Source: Enterococcus phage 9181. Taken from it: DNA of 64,000 nt. A model generated the notes under the pieces. The model saw only the letters and a list, made by a program, of their open reading frames with translations. It was not told where the DNA came from and searched no databases. A program made the translations under genes and the position numbers. Positions 27,545-36,668 of this stretch are shown here, piece by piece (the stretch's first letter is position 1; the number at the start of each line of letters is the position of its first letter). The DNA lies in sequence record MT939240.1; one strand, given 5' to 3'.

Positions 27545-27936
27545 TTAGGTTCCTCCAATTCAGTGATGTACAAGCCTGAGTCAACGGCTTTCCAAAGGTC
27601 GCTAACATCAGTGATGTAATCATCTTCCATAATCTCTTTTAGCTCATCTTCCGTCCAGTATGGCTCAATGTAGTTTTCGTAAGTCCATTGACCAGCTTCT
27701 TCTTCACTTCCAAAGGTTCCCACCACTCGGTTAGTATCCAGTATGACCACATACTTCCGAGGGCTTTCCTCATTAATCATTGGAGCGATTTTATCAGCCT
27801 TGATTACAAGTCTGTTGTGGTTAGATACAGTCGTTACTTCCACCGTTTCCCCATCCATTGAAATAAGATAGACCACAGTTCCTTTTGGATAAACGTTACC
27901 ACTATGAGTTTTAACATCCTTTACTAATACATACAT
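27541..27936 (-). CDS. hypothetical protein
   Basis: 131 aa; RBS rc GGGGGAATAT. Confidence 0.45.
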   Translation of the reverse strand: MYVLVKDVKTHSGNVYPKGTVVYLISMDGETVEVTTVSNHNRLVIKADKIAPMINEESPRKYVVILDTNRVVGTFGSEEEAGQWTYENYIEPYWTEDELKEIMEDDYITDVSDLWKAVDSGLYITELEEPK

Positions 27937-28302
27937 AAATATTCCCCCTTAAACCTCTTCGTAGTCCCACCAAATGACATCCTCATCATCTTCTAGTTGT
28001 TCACAAAGAGTTACTAATTCTTCTCGGCTAGCAACAAGTCTTTTTAGAACAACTCCATCATGTAGCTCAATAGTAAACTCAAAAAATTCTTCTTCCATAT
28101 GTCCTCCTTAGCGGCGTTGACCACACCTTATTAATCTCTCTTCGAAATAATCAGTAGCAAAATGACAAGACCTACTAACAACACTCCCAGAAATAGATCA
28201 ACAATAATTTCAAAAGTCATGTGTCGTCACCTCCGAGAGAAGCCCAGAACAAGCTTGCTGTCATCAGTAATAACACTGTGCCCATTGCTTCCGCAGCGAA
28301 TA

Positions 28303-28530
28303 TTACCATAGTCGTACCTCATGTAGTTCAATGTAGGCGATGTTAGATGGGCTCACAAAGTGGAAAGTAATGTCTCCCTCAGATAAGTCTGAAATAAGGG
28401 CTTTAACCCCAAGTTCCGCTAGGCTTTTTAAAAGGCTTTCCTTAACATCCCCAATACTCTCATCATGGGTTTCATAGGCTTCCACACCACTTGTGTATAC
28501 TACTGTTACTCCAGTGTAAGTTGCAAACAT
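28303..28530 (-). CDS. hypothetical protein
   Basis: 75 aa; RBS rc AAGGAGGACG. Confidence 0.45.
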   Translation of the reverse strand: MFATYTGVTVVYTSGVEAYETHDESIGDVKESLLKSLAELGVKALISDLSEGDITFHFVSPSNIAYIELHEVRLW

Positions 28531-28652
28531 GTAACGTCCTCCTTAAGGGTGGCGTTGACCACCGCTTTGTATAATACTAGTTTACCACCCATTATGGGAA
28601 TCTGTCAATACCTTATATAAAAAAGACGTTCTTTCGAACGCCTCTGTAAATC

Positions 28653-29423
28653 TTATTTGAATAGCTCTTTCATTTCCTTACGGATATCTTCTAAATCATT
28701 GTCGGCAAAGGTAACCTTAAGTTTGGCTTTAGTACGTTGATCCTCAATATCTTCTTCTTCCTTACGGAGCTCTAGGTATTCCTCGATAACATCTGTTGGG
28801 ATATCTTCAAGGATGTCTAAAATTTCCTGTGCTTCGTCATACTTTGATAAGTCCCTAAACCTCTCTTGACTTGATTCATTCTTAATAATAGTTTCATTAC
28901 GTCTGTGCACAAGTTTAATATACTGCTCTTTTATATAAGATGCTCCAAAATATCCATTAAGCGACTCTAATAAAACATCACACGGATTGACCTTTTTAAT
29001 GTAGGCATGGTCTCCTGCGTGGTAAAGTTCCCCTTGAGACTTGCTAGCCATAGACCCGTTGTGTATAATTTCCACTAGGTCGCCTTCTTTGAATTTTCCA
29101 CTCCAGACAACTGGTTCTACTTGCCAGTCTAAAAAGGCAGCACTATAGGTTGTGTAAAGTACATCACCAATTGATGTGGGAGTGGCACTCGTGCAAAGGT
29201 GGATGTTACCGTCCTTCTTATCACGGAAGTAATCACCAGCCTCTATCTGACTTAGTTCAAAGCACTCTGGCTCATAGGGGTACCCATTCCATAAATCATC
29301 ATCAGTAACGAACAAGTAGTCATCATCAGTGCTTGTTACAATGTATTTCTTACCTTCTGTAATTCCTCTGTGACCCTTGGTGTTTACACACCTAACAAGA
29401 TCGCCCTTTTTAAAAGTTGTCAT
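28653..29423 (-). CDS. hypothetical protein with two SH3/KOW-like FK(K/E)GDLV modules
   Basis: 256 aa; RBS rc AGAGGAGGAC. Confidence 0.5.
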   Translation of the reverse strand: MTTFKKGDLVRCVNTKGHRGITEGKKYIVTSTDDDYLFVTDDDLWNGYPYEPECFELSQIEAGDYFRDKKDGNIHLCTSATPTSIGDVLYTTYSAAFLDWQVEPVVWSGKFKEGDLVEIIHNGSMASKSQGELYHAGDHAYIKKVNPCDVLLESLNGYFGASYIKEQYIKLVHRRNETIIKNESSQERFRDLSKYDEAQEILDILEDIPTDVIEEYLELRKEEEDIEDQRTKAKLKVTFADNDLEDIRKEMKELFK

Positions 29424-29703
29424 AAAAGTCCTCCTCTAACCATTCGTAACCCCAGTCTAAGACCTCGGCAACCAACCATGTTTGAAGTCGCCAGTTCTCA
29501 ATTTCGAGGTACTCTAATTCATCTTCTATATACTTGCGTGCATGATACTTGTTCACACGCCTTTGGTAACGCTTCTCACGTTTGTAGTCCTCACGGCTTG
29601 GTTCACAGCCTTCGTACCAAAACTTAAACTTCCTCTTTGCTCTGATATAGTCTTTGTAACCCATCATCAACAAACCCTTCTGAAAGTTCTTTGCGAACAT
29701 CAT
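29410..29703 (-). CDS. hypothetical basic protein (start uncertain, may be internal Met near 29667)
   Basis: Overlaps 29624..29935 by about 80 nt in another frame. Confidence 0.3.
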   Translation of the reverse strand: MMFAKNFQKGLLMMGYKDYIRAKRKFKFWYEGCEPSREDYKREKRYQRRVNKYHARKYIEDELEYLEIENWRLQTWLVAEVLDWGYEWLEEDFYDNF

Positions 29704-29935
29704 CCCAAGAAGTTAGCACACCGTCACTGACTATACCTCCGCCACCTTCCACACCAAACTCAACGGTGCAACCAGCGGCGTTGACCACGGCTTCTAACCG
29801 ATCCTTGTCAAGAGGCTTACGCTGAGTGGGTTCCATAATCGTTCCCTGCGGTAAGCTCTCGAACGGCTTCCTCATGCTTGGTGGCAATGAAGTCAGAAGC
29901 TTCTCGGTAAGCTCTTTCGGCACGGTTCTTGGCAT
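29624..29935 (-). CDS. hypothetical protein
   Basis: 103 aa. Confidence 0.35.
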   Translation of the reverse strand: MPRTVPKELTEKLLTSLPPSMRKPFESLPQGTIMEPTQRKPLDKDRLEAVVNAAGCTVEFGVEGGGGIVSDGVLTSWDDVRKELSEGFVDDGLQRLYQSKEEV

Positions 29936-30323
29936 AGGTTAGTTGACGCTCTAGTAAGGCTGTGTATTCAGACAATGTCATGACCTCTATGGAACGCACA
30001 TCAAAGTAGCTTAACTCCTCACACTCTTTATTGATCTTGTGGACGTATCCCATACAGAAATCATATTCAGCTTGGGTAATGGCTGATGAAGGCTTTTTGA
30101 AGCTTTCGATAAGTGTTACCTCATCTGTTACTTCATTAGGGAGGTTGTTCCCGTCCAACTTCTTAAGGAATGCAATACGGCTTGCAGGGTCTCCTGCACC
30201 AACTGTAACATCTTCAATAAGGACTTCCCCATCACGGGTTTTTCCTAGGAAGTCTGCCACCCGTTCACAATAAATTACATATACAAATTGTCGATTACTC
30301 ATATAAAAACTCTCCTTCTTCAC
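29817..30323 (-). CDS. hypothetical protein
   Basis: 168 aa; RBS rc AGAAGGAGAG. Confidence 0.45.
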   Translation of the reverse strand: MKKESFYMSNRQFVYVIYCERVADFLGKTRDGEVLIEDVTVGAGDPASRIAFLKKLDGNNLPNEVTDEVTLIESFKKPSSAITQAEYDFCMGYVHKINKECEELSYFDVRSIEVMTLSEYTALLERQLTYAKNRAERAYREASDFIATKHEEAVRELTAGNDYGTHSA

Positions 30324-30567
30324 GTTTTACAAAAAAGCTCAGTACATCATCTTTGTGGATCATATCCTCAGCAAGTAAATCTAAATCCCGCTCAACAACC
30401 TCTTTTGACTCTGGGTCATAAATGCGTTCCGTAGTCCGTGTCTTTTCACGCTGAATGTGCAAGAAGGTTTTACCATTCCTGACATCCTCTAGGAATGCTC
30501 TGGCAGCGGAACCATATATCTCAAAACTCTCTCCAGAACTCTTAGTATAAATAACTATTCTGTACAT
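30295..30567 (-). CDS. hypothetical protein
   Basis: 90 aa; preceded by promoter 30598-30627 and RBS rc AAGGGGGAT. Confidence 0.45.
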   Translation of the reverse strand: MYRIVIYTKSSGESFEIYGSAARAFLEDVRNGKTFLHIQREKTRTTERIYDPESKEVVERDLDLLAEDMIHKDDVLSFFVKREEGEFLYE

Positions 30568-30597
30568 TCCAAATCCCCCTTTCGTAACTATGAATAT

Positions 30598-30627
30598 ATC
30601 TTACCATAGCTGCAGGGAAACTGTCAA
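30598..30627 (-). promoter_or_regulatory. sigma-A-type promoter (minus strand: TTGACA, 18-nt spacer, TAAGAT)
   Basis: Reverse complement: ttgacagtttccctgcagctatggtaagat. Confidence 0.5.
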
Positions 30628-30923
30628 TAACCAAAATAAAAAAACTCCATGCACAAATTGCACAGAGCTTTCCTTTAGACTTTATATGTTCTTTGTATAA
30701 GCTTTGGTAAAGGATTGTTACAAGCGCTTGGTATAGGTGTAGTTAATGGGATAGGTATTAAGCACTTATCAGTAAATGGAAAAGTGTAAGGAGCGAAGCT
30801 CCTAGCGATCTTTGATCGCTTAGAGAAGCATCTTAAAACCTCTAAAACCATTATACATCACATGGGTATCCCTTGTCAAGCATTAGAGGCTGTTTTTAAG
30901 TAATCTTAAGAAATTCTTAATAA

Positions 30924-31532
30924 TTACCTAAACGGGTTCTGAATCTTATTACCACTCTTCACTTTCCCATCATTAAACAACCCTGTTCCAACTGATTTAC
31001 CATCAATGAGTATGTCATTGGGATCGCATCCTACATTCACGTCCTCAACGCTTACCGAAACCTTCTTGCCATCCTTTACATAAGCAATTTCAAAGTCTTT
31101 ATGTGTGTGGAGTTCTAGTTCATCTAAAAGAAGCTCCATTAGCTTAGTCTGGATGCTCGGTGTCTTGGCTGGCATAGGCTCTCCAGTTACTTTTGGATTT
31201 CCAGGTAATTTTGGCAACCTAGTGAAGTTATTGTCCAGACTTTCCTTTGAAAACCATTCTTTAGCTCCTAATGGAGGTTGGAGAAGGTAAGGTAAACCTG
31301 TATTTTGTAAGTCCACCCCAACAATGGTATGCAGACCGCTGTCAAACGAACTTGTAAAATCATTATAATACAGTAAATCACCGACTTCATACTTCATACT
31401 AATTATCCTCCCGTAATTCTTTAAGAGGTAGCACCTCTGCCTCTCTTGGTAACTTGTTTGCCACAAATTTTGCCATGTCTTCATCAGTAAATAGATCAGC
31501 CTCTTGTGGGTCTCGTGTATAGGTGTAGTCAA
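30924..31532 (-). CDS. hypothetical protein
   Basis: 202 aa; overlaps the 3' end of 31399..31830 out of frame, so its true start may be an internal Met. Confidence 0.4.
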   Translation of the reverse strand: MTTPIHETHKRLIYLLMKTWQNLWQTSYQERQRCYLLKNYGRIISMKYEVGDLLYYNDFTSSFDSGLHTIVGVDLQNTGLPYLLQPPLGAKEWFSKESLDNNFTRLPKLPGNPKVTGEPMPAKTPSIQTKLMELLLDELELHTHKDFEIAYVKDGKKVSVSVEDVNVGCDPNDILIDGKSVGTGLFNDGKVKSGNKIQNPFR

Positions 31533-31830
31533 ACTTAGTGGTCATTCCTTCTGTTATAATCAATTTAGACAAGTTTACGTAGCGCCCTGCAGAATCCTTA
31601 ACAGCGTATCCCCCTTCTTCACACTCATATCCCACAATTCCCATTTTGACTAGTGTTGGGATGGCTCCGTCAGTCTCCTCTATCCATTTACCTACGGGAC
31701 TGTCTTCGTAATCTCGGCAGGCTTCCCAGATGGCAAAGTCAATGTCGTCCTTGTTCTCCTCGTACCAACTAGCAATATAAACGGGTACTACGGGTACTTG
31801 TACCATTGCTGATTTAGTCTTTAATGACAT
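31399..31830 (-). CDS. hypothetical protein, PVVP-EW family paralog
   Basis: VPVVPVYIASWYEENKDDIDFAIWEAC, similar to 32848..33402. Confidence 0.5.
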   Translation of the reverse strand: MSLKTKSAMVQVPVVPVYIASWYEENKDDIDFAIWEACRDYEDSPVGKWIEETDGAIPTLVKMGIVGYECEEGGYAVKDSAGRYVNLSKLIITEGMTTKFDYTYTRDPQEADLFTDEDMAKFVANKLPREAEVLPLKELREDN

Positions 31831-32120
31831 TATAAAGTCTCTCCTTCGTTTTCAAAATTCCCTGCTTCAATACGATCTGCTAAAATCTGCGTGAACACTA
31901 CTTCCTGACGGAGATCGAATGAGCAGAACTCTACTGCCAAGTCTCCTAATGTCTCTTCTAATTCTTCTGAGGCATATTCCATGTCGTTACTAAAGGCAAG
32001 GTCAGTCAGTAAATAAATTACTCCCGATATGTGGGTAGGTATAGTACCAACCTTCTTAAGACCTTCCTCTAAACGGTTAACGAAATCTTCCATATCATAA
32101 ATCTTTTGCACAGTGTTCAT
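31830..32120 (-). CDS. acidic hypothetical protein
   Basis: 96 aa; RBS rc GGGGGAAGATG. Confidence 0.4.
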   Translation of the reverse strand: MNTVQKIYDMEDFVNRLEEGLKKVGTIPTHISGVIYLLTDLAFSNDMEYASEELEETLGDLAVEFCSFDLRQEVVFTQILADRIEAGNFENEGETL

Positions 32121-32444
32121 ACATCTTCCCCCTACTTTTTAAATAGTTCCTTGTGGGCATTTCTTTCGTTGAGCTCGTTCTCAAGAAGTTCAATCGCCTT
32201 GTTGAGACCTTTTAACTCATCTAGCGTGCAATAGATATTTCTATAGGCTTGAAGGTGATTAATTACTTTCCTTAAAGATACTCTCATTAAACCATCCCCT
32301 CATAACTGACTATTATTGAGTAGTAAGTGTACAACCCAGAAACAGAAGTTGAGAAATGGACTTGTACGCCTTCTTTATTAGCCGTTACCTTGTTTAACCA
32401 TTTTTCTACCTCGTACAAACTAGAACTTTCGTAGGTTAAAAATT

Positions 32445-32648
32445 TCACTCAGCAACATCTCCCATCTTCTCTGTATAAGACTGCTTTCGGATGATATCCT
32501 CAGCTAAGTTCTCTGCAACTGTCTGCAAGCTTTTCTCAAAGTATCCATACCCAAATTCAACAAGTAGATGGGAGTAAATAGCTCCAGTTAGCTGTTCCTT
32601 GTTTATACATATAGTCGATTCCTGTTTATTCATCCGCTTCCTCCTCAA
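32445..32648 (-). CDS. hypothetical protein
   Basis: 67 aa; shares a 26-bp ribosome-binding/start region with 32848..33402. Confidence 0.4.
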   Translation of the reverse strand: MRRKRMNKQESTICINKEQLTGAIYSHLLVEFGYGYFEKSLQTVAENLAEDIIRKQSYTEKMGDVAE

Positions 32649-32851
32649 TCGTATTCAGCATCGCCTAGCTCAATATCATGTCCACAGTTCTGGCACGTAA
32701 TTGCTCCAAAATTTCCGTAGTAAAGTTCACCTTCACCAAAAGCACCAGCGATTTTCTTCCAGTCTATTTCGATATGCTCGTCACATCTTGGGCAATCAAA
32801 GGAAATATAACTTGGTGTAGAGCAAATAGTGTAATCTGCTTTGCCACTCAT
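32645..32851 (-). CDS. zinc-ribbon protein (CPRC...CQNC)
   Basis: Two CxxC pairs; 68 aa. Confidence 0.45.
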   Translation of the reverse strand: MSGKADYTICSTPSYISFDCPRCDEHIEIDWKKIAGAFGEGELYYGNFGAITCQNCGHDIELGDAEYD

Positions 32852-33402
32852 ACTTTCTCTACGCTCCCATCAACCAACGTAGCGACTGCCTCGGCTTTTG
32901 TGCGGTCATCAAAAACAAATACATCATCATAAAATTTATATGCGGCTCCGTCTGCTTCAAGCGAATAAAGTGAAACCCAAGAGCTAAAATAATAATCGTT
33001 AGGTAGCTTAACCACCCACCGCGGCTCTTTCTCGACTTCGTAGCCGTCTTTCATGCGGATGAGGGTTTCGATTGGATTGTTTTCGGATTGTTGAATCCAA
33101 TTCAACATCCCTTGCTCAGCAGAACCATAAGAATCTACACACAATTCCCAAATAAGAAATTCTAACTCATCTTTATTCTCTTCAAACCACTCCGCCACAA
33201 ACTTCGGCACCACTGGCTTCTGTGGTTCGTCCAACTGTTTTGCTAGCTTAAGAGCGTGGTTATATGATTCGAATTTTGATCTCCAGAATCCCTCGCTTAC
33301 ACCTTCTTTAATGGCTCTCCACGCATTTTCCTCAAGCTCTTCTAATTTCTTAATAAATTCCTGTTTATTCATCCGCTTCCTCCCATGATTCAATGATTTC
33401 AA
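32848..33402 (-). CDS. hypothetical protein, PVVP-EW family paralog
   Basis: KPVVPKFVAEWFEENKDELEFLIWELC; 184 aa. Confidence 0.5.
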   Translation of the reverse strand: MKSLNHGRKRMNKQEFIKKLEELEENAWRAIKEGVSEGFWRSKFESYNHALKLAKQLDEPQKPVVPKFVAEWFEENKDELEFLIWELCVDSYGSAEQGMLNWIQQSENNPIETLIRMKDGYEVEKEPRWVVKLPNDYYFSSWVSLYSLEADGAAYKFYDDVFVFDDRTKAEAVATLVDGSVEKV

Positions 33403-33574
33403 TAAATAATTGGTTATCTAACGCCATTACAAGCGTGACATCGTAAAACCAGTATTTCAAAGGTAAGTTCTGTGAGATATCCATTACTTTTCCTGTAAAA
33501 ATGTTCTTGTTTTGGTAACGAATAATCACCGTTTCAACGTCGTTCAATACGGCTAACAGTGCTCCTAAGGTCAT
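33365..33574 (-). CDS. hypothetical protein
   Basis: 69 aa. Confidence 0.35.
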   Translation of the reverse strand: MTLGALLAVLNDVETVIIRYQNKNIFTGKVMDISQNLPLKYWFYDVTLVMALDNQLFIEIIESWEEADE

Positions 33575-33629
33575 GACTCGTCCTCCTATACTTTTAGTAA
33601 TTCAATAATTACTGGTTTCTTTCTATATT

Positions 33630-33911
33630 TCATCCTTCTGCCACCTCTTTCTGATTAACATCTTTCAAGGCTTCTACCTTCTTGGCTACTAAGTAGTACT
33701 GTCGTAGACTTACAATACAACTTCTTATAAATATGCCTACTAAGCATAGTGAGGCTATTCCTATTATGGCTATCACAAGTATAGCTATTGCTACTGCTAA
33801 GAAGTGAACTTTAATAATCAGTGAGAATACTGCTAAAACAACAACGGTCATTAATAAGTACTGAGCAACTACTCTAATAGACCACCAGACAGTTTTAATT
33901 AATGGCTTCAT
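33630..33911 (-). CDS. membrane protein (2-3 TM helices)
   Basis: 93 aa, hydrophobic. Confidence 0.4.
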   Translation of the reverse strand: MKPLIKTVWWSIRVVAQYLLMTVVVLAVFSLIIKVHFLAVAIAILVIAIIGIASLCLVGIFIRSCIVSLRQYYLVAKKVEALKDVNQKEVAEG

Positions 33912-34096
33912 ATGGGCTCCTTAATTAGTCTAATTTCTTTTGGTTGATAACCCCTATTAGTAAAGCATTTTTGAATAATAACTAAAGACTTGTAGTCAAA
34001 CGGCACATCATACATAACACGTTCCCACTCTCCGTTTGGCTTACGTACTTCAATACTGTAAACGAACTCATGTCTCATCTGCTTCCTCCACATCAA
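33908..34096 (-). CDS. hypothetical protein
   Basis: 62 aa; ATGA overlap. Confidence 0.35.
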   Translation of the reverse strand: MMWRKQMRHEFVYSIEVRKPNGEWERVMYDVPFDYKSLVIIQKCFTNRGYQPKEIRLIKEPI

Positions 34097-34307
34097 ATTC
34101 TGCTCCCTCTACCTCGGTAAGGTCTAACAATATCTCGGTAAACTCTTTCATAGGAACTCCCATGCGGTGTGCAATTACTTCTGCAATAAACGATAGGTAA
34201 ACGATTGAGTCGACGTCTTCTAAGTCTTTGCTACGTTTAACATGATGAACACCTTGATCATCCTTTACAATAATAAACTCAGCAACAACCTCTTCTTTCT
34301 TAACCAT
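34068..34307 (-). CDS. acidic hypothetical protein
   Basis: RBS rc AAGGAGGTAG; 79 aa. Confidence 0.4.
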   Translation of the reverse strand: MVKKEEVVAEFIIVKDDQGVHHVKRSKDLEDVDSIVYLSFIAEVIAHRMGVPMKEFTEILLDLTEVEGAEFDVEEADET

Positions 34308-34327
34308 TGGCTACCTCCTTTATATAG

Positions 34328-34543
34328 TTATTTGTCAAGCATGTACCACTCCATCCACTCGATAGCTGAGGTAGCTTCTGCCGATTCCTCTTCGATCTCT
34401 CTATCAAGACGTGCCATCAATCCAGCCCTTACCTTTGTGTGAAGATGGTTGTCGATGGAGACATCAGCCAACTGTTTTCTCAGTTGACCAATGTTTGCCA
34501 CGGCTTTCAAGTAGGCTGTTTGAGCCTCGTATAATTCTTCCAC
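34328..34543 (-). CDS. hypothetical coiled-coil protein
   Basis: RBS rc AAGGAGGACA; 71 aa. Confidence 0.4.
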   Translation of the reverse strand: MEELYEAQTAYLKAVANIGQLRKQLADVSIDNHLHTKVRAGLMARLDREIEEESAEATSAIEWMEWYMLDK

Positions 34544-34632
34544 AGAGTGTCCTCCTTAAATAGTTACTAAGCCATTGTTACTTAGAAATTGGTTACGAAT
34601 CTTCTTAATAAGTTCTTTCATATGCTTCCTCC

Positions 34633-35097
34633 TTAATCAACCATGTAGTAAGGCAAAAAGTTACCTTTGCTATCCTTTTTGACAATCTCTCCACCGATTT
34701 CCTTAGCTACCCATTTTGCATCATCAAGGCTCATGCCTGTAAGTCGAGGGTCTTCCTCCCACCCAAGTAAGGTAGTAGGTAGAACTATGGCTAAAGTATC
34801 TTCAAAGTTTAGGAAGAAGCTATTGCCAATGCGCACAAAGTAGTCTGTGGTGTATTCCACAATTCTGAAAGTAGTGTGCATTTCGTATTCAACGTATTTG
34901 TCATTCTCACTTACTTTACGATAATCATACTGAGGAATAACTTTATGAGTCTTCATGAACTCTTTAAGCTCATATGAAAGAATTTTAGTTCCTTCTACAT
35001 AAGGCTCAATTCCAAAATCCTCTCGTAAGGTTGTTTCCAAGACTTCCTCAACATTACTCCGTACGTTCTCTAAAGCTTCATTAAAATCATCGAACAA
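34633..35097 (-). CDS. hypothetical protein
   Basis: RBS rc AGGAGTGATT; 154 aa; downstream of promoter 35133-35161. Confidence 0.45.
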   Translation of the reverse strand: MFDDFNEALENVRSNVEEVLETTLREDFGIEPYVEGTKILSYELKEFMKTHKVIPQYDYRKVSENDKYVEYEMHTTFRIVEYTTDYFVRIGNSFFLNFEDTLAIVLPTTLLGWEEDPRLTGMSLDDAKWVAKEIGGEIVKKDSKGNFLPYYMVD

Positions 35098-35132
35098 TTA
35101 AATCACTCCTTAATTGGTTTATAACATAGTTC

Positions 35133-35161
35133 ATTATACCATATACACAGGTATTTGTAAA
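35133..35161 (-). promoter_or_regulatory. sigma-A-type promoter (minus strand: TTTACA, 17-nt spacer, TATAAT, conserved GTGTATATGG spacer end)
   Basis: Reverse complement: tttacaaatacctgtgtatatggtataat. Confidence 0.55.
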
Positions 35162-35176
35162 GGTCTTTTTGAAACT

Positions 35177-35668
35177 TTAGAAGTATCCCCACGAGTCTTC
35201 TAATGCTTGAGCCATCTTAGCTTCGTCAAGCGCTTGGTATGCCTTCTTCAAAAGCTCGGCTTCTGGAGTGTCTTCATTAAGCTTGATGTCCTTGCCAAGT
35301 GCCAAAGCGTCTTTAAGATATTCCTTAGCATCTTTAAGTTGTTCTATCTCCTCTTGAGCCTCTTGGTACATTTCTTGCAGCCTAGCAATAGTCTGTAAAT
35401 ACTCTTCTTCTGTCTTTGTTGACATCCCTTGTTTTGGAGTAGTTAGGGACTTACCTCTTTCTAACCCCATTTTGTAAGTGTTGGAGATTATTCCCTGCAA
35501 TGCAAAGGTCATATATTTAGGGTCTTCCTTCATTCCCATAAAAGCTTCAATGCCGAAAGCTTGACCTGTTCCTCTAGGTTCGTCTACGTTTCTTTCACTA
35601 ACTCCTATGGTAACTATACTTGACATTATTTCTCGACTTACTTCTAGTTCTACTGTTGGCTCGTTCAT
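35177..35668 (-). CDS. hypothetical protein (C-terminal coiled coil)
   Basis: 163 aa; ATGA overlap with the HNH gene. Confidence 0.4.
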   Translation of the reverse strand: MNEPTVELEVSREIMSSIVTIGVSERNVDEPRGTGQAFGIEAFMGMKEDPKYMTFALQGIISNTYKMGLERGKSLTTPKQGMSTKTEEEYLQTIARLQEMYQEAQEEIEQLKDAKEYLKDALALGKDIKLNEDTPEAELLKKAYQALDEAKMAQALEDSWGYF

Positions 35669-36048
35669 AATCTTTCCTCCTCACGATAGCTCCACTTGAA
35701 ACCTTTGTGTTTACCACCTGTTTTAAGGGAGCGCATTATACCCCCTCCGTTGAAGCCATTCTTATTAGCTTGATAAATGGAGTCAAATGATATTGTTTGT
35801 CCTTCATCATCAATGCCTATAATAGCTTTGCTTCCACGATCAACTTCTCTTTCCACACCATAGTAGCGTTCTAATAGTTTGGAGACAGCAATTGAGCGCT
35901 TTTTCCACGTTCCTTTGACATTCATTGTAATTGCATAAGCATTACCACTACCCTTTAAAAGTTGTTTAGTAACGTTATTACGTACTCTTCCGTCGTTTGA
36001 TACGGAATATCTACCGTTAGTTTTATCAATCACTTTCCATTCAGTCAT
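35665..36048 (-). CDS. HNH-family homing endonuclease-like protein (NUMOD4-like N-terminus)
   Basis: WKVIDKTNGRYSVSNDGRVRN N-terminus; C-terminal GFKWSY; RBS rc GAGGAGGTAAC. Confidence 0.5.
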   Translation of the reverse strand: MTEWKVIDKTNGRYSVSNDGRVRNNVTKQLLKGSGNAYAITMNVKGTWKKRSIAVSKLLERYYGVEREVDRGSKAIIGIDDEGQTISFDSIYQANKNGFNGGGIMRSLKTGGKHKGFKWSYREEERL

Positions 36049-36077
36049 GATTGTTACCTCCTCAATAATCTACCGTA

Positions 36078-36107
36078 ATCATACCATATACACTAAATAT
36101 CTGTCAA
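36078..36107 (-). promoter_or_regulatory. sigma-A-type promoter (minus strand: TTGACA, 18-nt spacer, TATGAT)
   Basis: Reverse complement: ttgacagatatttagtgtatatggtatgat. Confidence 0.55.
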
Positions 36108-36148
36108 CAACTTTTCAATAAAAAAGACACCCTTTCGGATGTCCTTTG

Positions 36149-36538
36149 TTAAACGTGTCGCATGGCGTCTCTAAATCTTTTGATAGCAGACCATGAATAA
36201 AACATTCGCTCAGGTCTGTCTTCCCGACGCACTACAGAAGTGCTAGGTTCATAAGTCCAACCAACACCATTGCCGTACCAACTCTCTAAATTTAGTAGGA
36301 TGTTAGCAAATCCTTCGCTAAAATCCTCTTCTAGTTCCTTATCAACTGGTTTAATTGGATCGGTGTCTGCCCACGTCCACATATTAGGCAAGGCAATGCT
36401 GTAGGCAAACTCCTCGAAGTCAGAATACTCGTTAAATATAATTGTGATGGCGGTATCAGTGTAGTTTACTATCTCTTTCAGTATCTGTCTGTCCCCGTAT
36501 GCAATGGCTAATAGTACGGCGTCCTTAGGAAATTTCAA
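36149..36538 (-). CDS. hypothetical protein
   Basis: 129 aa. Confidence 0.4.
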   Translation of the reverse strand: MKFPKDAVLLAIAYGDRQILKEIVNYTDTAITIIFNEYSDFEEFAYSIALPNMWTWADTDPIKPVDKELEEDFSEGFANILLNLESWYGNGVGWTYEPSTSVVRREDRPERMFYSWSAIKRFRDAMRHV

Positions 36539-36668
36539 TTGCTCAACCCTCTCTACGGATAATATTAAGATAAAGTACTCTCAGAGCCTGTGAGAGCATT
36601 CCTAAGAGCTTTTAATAGCTCTCAGGTCTATTTATATTACTATGTGCTAAAAGCTCTCATAAAGCCTC

